Origin: an uncultured Candidatus Saccharibacteria bacterium
Lineage (GTDB): Bacteria > Patescibacteriota > Minisyncoccia > Phycocordibacterales > Phycocordibacteraceae
Assembly: GCA_964446735.1 (NCBI GenBank)
Contig: CAYUQB010000001.1
Location: 199,465-263,464 of the forward strand
Direction of reading: 5' to 3'
Length of the DNA stretch: 64,000 nucleotides
The translations under genes and the position numbers were made by a program. Numbering within the stretch: position 1 is the stretch's first letter; every line of letters starts with the position of its first letter. Positions 56,586 through 64,000 of the stretch are shown here, piece after piece. Below the pieces are notes generated by a model, which saw only the letters and a program-made list of their open reading frames with translations, had not been told where the DNA came from and did not search any database.

Positions 56586-58568
56586 CTATGGAAGTACGGG
56601 AGCAGTAAGTTCCATATCAGGGCACGCAATGCGGTTGATCTTGTAGCTGGTCGTCTTATAGACGTAGCCAGTTGGGGTCTGTGCGGTCGGAAGACCGAAC
56701 GGTACCCACGGGAGAAGTACATCTTCCCAGTACTTGAGCTGGAAGGCGTTCACCGCGAGCGTCGTGACGGTGTCGAAGAGTCCAGAGGTCGAGAGGTTCG
56801 TATCCATCTCATCATTGAGGAATTCTTGGAGTACGGTTACCTGACCCGAATCGTTTACTTGGCTCTCACGCATCCAGCTAGTAATGAGAGGACAGGAGGC
56901 GCCGAGCACTTCTCCGCCGCTACTGCTGCGGGAGCCGCCTCCACCACCACCTCCACCTCCTCCGCCCCCACCTCCGCCAGAGCTGGCAATAGTGGGTTCG
57001 AAGTCGAAGATAGTGGTCATGGTGCTGGTAGCAGTACTCGTTCCGGTAGTGGTTCCAGTGATGTCATTCATGCGCGTAATGCGCAGGTCATCGATCGCTG
57101 CGGATACCGTCGTTGAGCCGTTAGGACTTTGGAGACCCACACCCAAGAGCGGGCTGGTAGTTCCCACCGTCAGATTTGGGAATGCCGTGAGGAGGTTCGT
57201 CCAGCTCCGGAACTGGTTGGTGTTCCCATCAGGCCATTGATTGCCCGAGGTCGCATAGTTCGACCAGGTCCACATGCTGCTTGAGGTTGCGAGCTGCCAG
57301 GTTTGCCAGGTGCCGGTGGCAACGGTTCCTGAATGTTGTGGCATGAAGACCAGCTGACCATTCACCGATCCATTGCCACTAAAGAGCGGAGCGAAGGCGA
57401 TGAACGGAGCGACTACGGAAGTAGTTGCAGTGGTCGTACCGGATACGGTTCCGAAGTCGGAGAGATACGTAGCGAAGGAGAGTTCACTCACGTCAGAGAG
57501 CTCGGTACCGCCGAACTGATAGGTAGCGATAGCGGAGGTGCCGGTCGTGGTTGCTGTAAGTGAGACACTTCCAGAGCCAAGCGGTGCGGTACCCGGACCG
57601 GTCACGAAGGTACCGACTGACGGATCGATGTTCTGCGTTACGCCGTTCCAGAAGAACCACTTATTGGTCGAGCTTGCCTCTGCAAGGGTTGTGGCAAGGT
57701 CTGCTTCACGCACGACAATGGTCTCGGTCACCGGTGTCGTGGTCCCGTTTCCGCCACCACCACCGCCTCCCCCACCTCCTCCATTGGTAGGTGGCATGTT
57801 GTCGGTGAGGCAGTACTCATTTACTACCAGCACATACTTATTCGTCGTGAGGTTAGTGAAGGAAGGAGCACTCACGGTGAGCGTTGCTGTCTCAGCTCCC
57901 GCGAGGGTATCACCCGCTCGATATCCTACGGTGCGATAGTGGCCGGCAACGCAGGCACTACCGTTTGCAATCACTGCATCGGTTGACGACGCTGCGGGCG
58001 CATTCACTTCATGTGCGGTGTAGGAAGCGCCCGAGGCCATAAGCGATGTGCTCACCTGTGCGGTACCGAGAGTGAAGGTGCCGGTTGTGGTCGTACCGCC
58101 ATTAAGATTGGCTGCGGTCCATGTTGCTTCCATGGGGAAGAAGCGGAACGTGGTGGTTGCATCCGCGAATGACTGAGTCGTCGATGCATCCTGAATGTAT
58201 TTGACGAGATGCACCTGCACGAATGCAGGTGTGGTGGTCCCCCCACCTCCCCCACCACCATTTGTCGGACAGGTTGTGGTTGCAGTTGGATTCGTGGTTG
58301 TGCCCGTGGGGAGGGTCGGACAGGTTGGCTCCGTCGGAGCAGTTGGTTCTGCTGGAGACGTGGGTGAGGTCGGTTCGGTGGGTGCAGTCGGAGCAGTTGG
58401 TTCCGTCGGAGGAGTCGGGCTAACAACGATTGGGGGCGTAGTCGTGCTCGTCTGTGCGATGACGGCCTGCGGCATGCCTGACGTTATGAACGTCAGTGCA
58501 AGCAGCGCCACAAAAACACTGCCCGCCCCCTGCAGCGTCTTCGGGCGCAATCTGATTTTCTTCAACAT
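56586..58568 (-). CDS. Large secreted low-complexity surface protein (Pro/Thr repeats, poly-Gly tracts)
   Basis: The signal peptide is followed by PTEPTAPTAPTEPTSPTSPAEPTAPTEPT repeats. There are several G7-G15 runs and T/S/G-rich β-rich regions. Confidence 0.55.
   Translation of the reverse strand: MLKKIRLRPKTLQGAGSVFVALLALTFITSGMPQAVIAQTSTTTPPIVVSPTPPTEPTAPTAPTEPTSPTSPAEPTAPTEPTCPTLPTGTTTNPTATTTCPTNGGGGGGGTTTPAFVQVHLVKYIQDASTTQSFADATTTFRFFPMEATWTAANLNGGTTTTGTFTLGTAQVSTSLMASGASYTAHEVNAPAASSTDAVIANGSACVAGHYRTVGYRAGDTLAGAETATLTVSAPSFTNLTTNKYVLVVNEYCLTDNMPPTNGGGGGGGGGGGNGTTTPVTETIVVREADLATTLAEASSTNKWFFWNGVTQNIDPSVGTFVTGPGTAPLGSGSVSLTATTTGTSAIATYQFGGTELSDVSELSFATYLSDFGTVSGTTTATTSVVAPFIAFAPLFSGNGSVNGQLVFMPQHSGTVATGTWQTWQLATSSSMWTWSNYATSGNQWPDGNTNQFRSWTNLLTAFPNLTVGTTSPLLGVGLQSPNGSTTVSAAIDDLRITRMNDITGTTTGTSTATSTMTTIFDFEPTIASSGGGGGGGGGGGGGGGSRSSSGGEVLGASCPLITSWMRESQVNDSGQVTVLQEFLNDEMDTNLSTSGLFDTVTTLAVNAFQLKYWEDVLLPWVPFGLPTAQTPTGYVYKTTSYKINRIACPDMELTAPVLP
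58313..58436 (-). repeat. Tandem imperfect PT(E/A/S)P-coding repeats inside the surface-protein gene
   Basis: gtcggagcagttggttc recurs at about 58333 and 58393. It encodes a PTxPT periodicity. Confidence 0.5.
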
Positions 58569-58728
58569 ACGTGTACTCGTTAAGAATGATCTGGTAATGC
58601 GCCGTCCGAGGACGAGCTACCCAGACCTTTCTGAATAGCACCGATGCGGTGATAAAAAGATGAAGCGTTCATACGAACTACGCGCCCGGTTGGACGCGTA
58701 GTTCGTGAGAGTGCTTTGTCGAGAAGTG

Positions 58729-58813
58729 CGGAGACGGCGAGATTCGAACTCGCGAGACCTTTCGGCCTACTCGCTTTCCAAGCGAGCGCACTAGACCACT
58801 ATGCGACGTCTCC
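58729..58813 (-). tRNA. tRNA-Ser (GGA), type II
   Basis: The reverse complement reads ggagacgtcgcatagtggtctagtgcgctcgcttGGAaagcgagtaggccgaaaggtctcgcgagttcgaatctcgccgtctccg. Confidence 0.75.
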
Positions 58814-58838
58814 GTGCCGACTTGTTATAGCACAAACC

Positions 58839-59729
58839 CTACTTCCCGTCCGGCGTAAGAAGTTGCTTGATGCGATCGGCAGTAGGTGGGTGGGTAGCAA
58901 ACATACGATTAAGCCAATTCCCCTTCTGCTCGCCAAACGGGTTTTCTATAAACAAGTGGGCGGTTGCGTGATTCGCGCGCGCAAGTGGCCGACGGTCAGC
59001 ATCGATCTTGGCGAGCGCGGAGGCAAGGCCCTCTGGATATCGAGTAAGCAGCGCGCCTGAGGCATCAGCAAGATATTCACGCCTCCGAGAGATCGCAAGC
59101 TGGATGAGCTGTGCCGCAATCGGCGCAAGGATGATGCCGATGATCGCAAGGATCATAAAGAGTGCGGATCCCTTGCTGTCACGATCCCCTCCTCCGAACA
59201 TCGACATGCGCAGGAAGATATCGGCGATGATCGCGATGAATCCAGCGAGCACCACCGCGACGGTCATAAGAAGGATGTCCTTGTTCTTGATATGCGAGAG
59301 TTCATGCGCAATCACGCCTTCAAGTTCCGCACGATTGAGCATCGAAAGAAGCCCGGTAGTGGCTGCGACCACCGAGTGCTTCTCGTTACGCCCAGTCGCG
59401 AATGCGTTCGGTGCGGGATCCTCGATGACGTAGAGCTTTGGCATGGGCATGCCTGCGGTGATGGTGAGATTTTCGGTGACGGTATAGAAGTCAAAGAATT
59501 CCTCACGCGTTGCAAGGCGTGCACCGGTCATCGAAAGTACCTGCTTGTCGGAGAACCAGTAGCTGTACACATTCATCAAGAGCGCGAAGATAATCGCACC
59601 ATAGAGAATGGTGGGGCTCTGGTAGTACCAGGCTACGGCATAACCAATGCCGATCACTATGGCCAGGAAGGCCGCCATAAGAAAAGCGGTCTTCCACATA
59701 TTTGCACTGCGTTCTTGGTAGAGCGTCAT
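58839..59729 (-). CDS. htpX: Zinc metalloprotease HtpX (M48)
   Basis: HELSHIKNKD carries the HExxH motif. N-terminal TM helices and a downstream EYxAD-like motif are present. Confidence 0.85.
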   Translation of the reverse strand: MTLYQERSANMWKTAFLMAAFLAIVIGIGYAVAWYYQSPTILYGAIIFALLMNVYSYWFSDKQVLSMTGARLATREEFFDFYTVTENLTITAGMPMPKLYVIEDPAPNAFATGRNEKHSVVAATTGLLSMLNRAELEGVIAHELSHIKNKDILLMTVAVVLAGFIAIIADIFLRMSMFGGGDRDSKGSALFMILAIIGIILAPIAAQLIQLAISRRREYLADASGALLTRYPEGLASALAKIDADRRPLARANHATAHLFIENPFGEQKGNWLNRMFATHPPTADRIKQLLTPDGK

Positions 59730-59770
59730 AGATTGAGAGAGTCGGTATACCTACCGACGAATGAAAGGTC

Positions 59771-60331
59771 CTAGAATGACACCTTCACAGGTTCGCGAGC
59801 GGCTTCTTCACCAGCACCGAGCTGGAAGAGTTCCATCTCCTTGAAGTTGAACATGCCAGCAACGATGTTGCCCGGGAACGACTGGACCGAGGTGTTGAGG
59901 TCCTGGACGTTTGAGTTATAGAAGCGGCGAGCAGCCTGGATCTTGTCTTCTGTATCACCAAGCTCTTGCTGAAGCTGAAGGAAGTTCTGATTCGCTTTTA
60001 GATCCGGATAGGCTTCAGAAACGGCGAAGATGGACTTGAGCGCATCGGTGAGCATGTTCTCAGCTTTTGCGTGCTCCCCTACCGTCTGTGCACCCATGGC
60101 AGCAGCACGCGCCTTGGTGACGTTCTCAAATGCGGCAGCTTCATGTGCAGCATATCCTTTCACCGTATCAACCAGGTTGGGAATGAGATCGTAGCGACGC
60201 TTCAACTGTACGTCGATATCGGCCCACGCTTCTTTAGTGCGATTCACTTTGGAGACGAATCCGTTGAACGCGAAGATTGCCCAAAGGACAACGACCGCAA
60301 CAACAGCAAGAATGATATAGAGGATAGTCAT
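59771..60331 (-). CDS. lemA: LemA family protein
   Basis: The N-terminal TM helix is followed by the LemA core (FNGFVSKVNRTKEAWADIDVQLKRRYDLIPNLV). It pairs with htpX downstream. Confidence 0.8.
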   Translation of the reverse strand: MTILYIILAVVAVVVLWAIFAFNGFVSKVNRTKEAWADIDVQLKRRYDLIPNLVDTVKGYAAHEAAAFENVTKARAAAMGAQTVGEHAKAENMLTDALKSIFAVSEAYPDLKANQNFLQLQQELGDTEDKIQAARRFYNSNVQDLNTSVQSFPGNIVAGMFNFKEMELFQLGAGEEAAREPVKVSF

Positions 60332-60442
60332 GATTGAGATTAGCTTATGTTTCCATTATAGCGGGTTGCCAGAGACGCACAAGCGTTGTAGAACGAATGC
60401 AGGACGAAGAACTGACTCTTCGTTGCATACCGGGGGTACACC

Positions 60443-60559
60443 ATGCCCGTCTTGAGATTGCCGCGCCTGATGCGCATCTTCCTGGCAAGCCCTCTCGCGC
60501 TTGCCGGCGCCTACTTCTACGGGGCGTTCGATACCGTGCGAGAGTTCGTGACCGGATAG
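60443..60559 (+). CDS. Small peptide 1 (38 aa) of the GC-rich four-ORF cluster
   Basis: GGGGG lies 6 nt upstream of ATG. The sequence is MPVLRLPRLMRIFLASPLALAGAYFYGAFDTVREFVTG. Confidence 0.35.
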   Translation: MPVLRLPRLMRIFLASPLALAGAYFYGAFDTVREFVTG

Positions 60560-60567
60560 GAGGTGCC

Positions 60568-60687
60568 ATGGAGATCCTAAAATACCTCGCGCCAGCCGTT
60601 GGTCTGGTCGCCGTCATCGCCGTGTACGTGTGGTCGCAGGGCGGTCCTCGGACGTACTGGAGGAACATTACCTCCGGCACGCTTCGG
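60568..60687 (+). CDS. Small membrane peptide 2 (39 aa)
   Basis: AGGAGG lies 5 nt upstream of ATG. The sequence is MEILKYLAPAVGLVAVIAVYVWSQGGPRTYWRNITSGTLRDDT. Confidence 0.45.
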
Positions 60688-60710
60688 GACGACACCTAAA
60701 GGAGTGCGCG

Positions 60711-60860
60711 ATGGAAGAGTGGCTTGATTCCGTCCGTCCTGTGCTCCCTATCCTGCTTCCCTACGGAATAGCGCTGGGCGTCATGTTCTTCTGTGCGCTT
60801 GCTTCATCAAGCGGCGACACCGAACAACCGTTCTTCACTCCCGTCGACGACGATGAGTGA
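60711..60860 (+). CDS. Small membrane peptide 3 (49 aa)
   Basis: AAAGGAG lies 7 nt upstream of ATG. The sequence is MEEWLDSVRPVLPILLPYGIALGVMFFCALASSSGDTEQPFFTPVDDDE. Confidence 0.45.
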   Translation: MEEWLDSVRPVLPILLPYGIALGVMFFCALASSSGDTEQPFFTPVDDDE

Positions 60861-60973
60861 CAACGAAGGGCCGTGCGTCCCCTGTGGGACTCACGGCCTC
60901 GTCGTTTTACTATCCACTTCGACTTTAGGAGCATTGAGTTGAGCACGTATAGTGATCAGTAGGAGGACTCCAC

Positions 60974-61096
60974 ATGGGTATCCTAATCATCTACACCCCG
61001 GACTTTTGCGTCCGGATGGGTTTCGGCTTCTGGGAAGCCTGCTACCGCGACTGGCTGCGTCTGTGCGGCGCCACGCTGCCCCCAACGCAGTCCTAG
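60974..61096 (+). CDS. Small Cys-containing peptide 4 (40 aa)
   Basis: AGGAGG lies 6 nt upstream of ATG. The sequence is MGILIIYTPDFCVRMGFGFWEACYRDWLRLCGATLPPTQS. Confidence 0.4.
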   Translation: MGILIIYTPDFCVRMGFGFWEACYRDWLRLCGATLPPTQS

Positions 61097-61119
61097 CAGG
61101 AACGTCCCACTACCGACAC

Positions 61120-61160
61120 GAAAACGCGCCGCCGGCCTCACAGCCAGCGGCGCATTTCGT
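61120..61160. terminator. Bidirectional terminator hairpin downstream of groEL
   Basis: gcgccgc-cggcctcacagcca-gcggcgc, flanked by A/T runs (gaaaa on the plus strand and ttttc on the minus strand). Confidence 0.5.
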
Positions 61161-61169
61161 GATGAGAGG

Positions 61170-63124
<1,955 letters not shown>

Positions 63125-63277
63125 AGGAAACTAAACAGCGTTAGAAGCTGATAATTGGCTGCTTGATAAGCCATCGGTGACTCCACCGAGTTGCCTTCAG
63201 TATATGAATCGCTCATTCGCGGTCAAGGTTTGTCGCCTTGCTCGCCTACCGGGGCCATGCTACCCTACGGGCTACAG

Positions 63278-63508
63278 ATGGAGCTACTTCAGGCGATACT
63301 TCCATACGCGGAAATCGTACTCTCCCTTCTCCTCATCCTGGGTATCGTGCTTCAGCAGCGCGGTGCCAATCTCGGAGGAGCATTCGGGGGCGACAATTTC
63401 GCATCCACGTTCTATAAGCGCCGAGGCGCCGAGAAATTCCTTTTCCAAGCGACGATCGTGGTCGCGATCCTGTTCGTGGCGGTCTCAGTCCTCGGGTTCC
63501 TCATCTGA
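63278..63508 (+). CDS. secG: Preprotein translocase subunit SecG
   Basis: MELLQAILPYAEIVLSLLLILGIVLQQRGANLGGAFGG is the SecG signature (LQxxKGxGLGxAFGG), and a second TM helix follows. Confidence 0.7.
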   Translation: MELLQAILPYAEIVLSLLLILGIVLQQRGANLGGAFGGDNFASTFYKRRGAEKFLFQATIVVAILFVAVSVLGFLI

Positions 63509-63515
63509 TTAGCCC

Positions 63516-64000
63516 ATGAAGGGTCGCATCGACCACATGTGGCGTTCGCTCACTCGTCCTCGACGTGTGGGAGTGTTCGAAAAAATCAACGGGCTCGTAC
63601 GTACGCTTCCACCGGGGGACCGCCTCATAGCGTCGGTGCTCGCACTTGCCGTAGTGCTCTCGTCCCTTGCGGGACTGGTAGCGCTTGAGCGCACGATACT
63701 GGTGGAGGCGCCGGCGCGCGGCGGAACCCTCACCGAAGGTATTGTTGGTTCGCCTCGTTTCGTGAATCCTTTGCTTGCACTCTCGGACGCGGACCACGAC
63801 ATGGTGGCGCTCACGTACGCTGGGCTCATGGGTCAAGGTCCGGATGGTCTGCGACCGGTGCTTGCGGAAAGCTACACCGTGAGCGAGGACGGGAAGACAT
63901 ACACCTTCACGCTTCGAAACGGTATCGTCTTCACGGATGGTTCTCCCATCACCGCGGAAGATGTAGTGTTCACGGTCGAGAAGGCCCAAGACCCCACGCT
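63516..64000 (+). CDS. ABC transporter substrate-binding protein, family 5 (Opp/Dpp-like), N-terminal part; it continues beyond the window
   Basis: ATG is at 63516. The sequence is MKGRIDHMWRS...GGTLTEGIVGSPRFVNPLLALSDADHDMVALTYAGLM..YTFTLRNGIVFTDGSPITAEDVVFT. There is no stop before 64000. Confidence 0.6.
   Translation, partial: MKGRIDHMWRSLTRPRRVGVFEKINGLVRTLPPGDRLIASVLALAVVLSSLAGLVALERTILVEAPARGGTLTEGIVGSPRFVNPLLALSDADHDMVALTYAGLMGQGPDGLRPVLAESYTVSEDGKTYTFTLRNGIVFTDGSPITAEDVVFTVEKAQDPT

Noticed and set aside
63125-63200. CIRCE/HrcA operator upstream of groES
   Set aside because: I looked for TTAGCACTC-N9-GAGTGCTAA and found no match.

Overview
This 64-kb window reads as core chromosome from a small-genome bacterium. 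Inferred from the gene content, it is probably a CPR/Patescibacteria-like lineage: IF-2 and ValRS are minimal, small membrane proteins are numerous, and SD-led small ORFs sit in GC-rich islets. Housekeeping genes dominate: clpB/C, iscS-like, infB, rbfA, alr, gyrA, rpsA, pth, lepB, rpsU, ybeY, ftsA, ftsZ, trxB, tsaC, tsaD, valS, lepA, murJ, htpX, lemA, groES/EL and secG. There are 11 tRNA genes and an RNase P RNA (rnpB) that the six-frame ORF track misses. I saw no rRNA, CRISPR array, integrase or transposase. Three things are not ordinary. (1) A tandem array of five divergent T4SS-pilin-like (VirB2/TrbC-like) genes at 8.7-11.5 kb. Two of them are fused to secreted Cys-rich modules, one N-terminal and one C-terminal. 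(2) The chromosome, about 50-55% GC by eye, is peppered with about ten islets at roughly 60-67% GC: 6.6-8.6, 13.4-14.0, 17.6-19.4, 22.9-23.5, 26.9-27.9, 33.1-33.7, 36.3-37.4, 38.2-38.7 and 60.3-61.2 kb. These carry ORFan small, membrane or secreted proteins, many with near-consensus Shine-Dalgarno sequences and their own promoter/terminator pairs. One islet is an SPFH/band-7 island beside a tRNA cluster, with a perfect 10-bp palindromic operator-like site. Another is a four-gene operon of 38-49-aa peptides between lemA and groEL. (3) A cyanophycin-synthetase-like ATP-grasp protein that lacks the Mur-ligase half, next to an MGMT-family gene. All calls rest on motif recognition by eye. No database searches were run.
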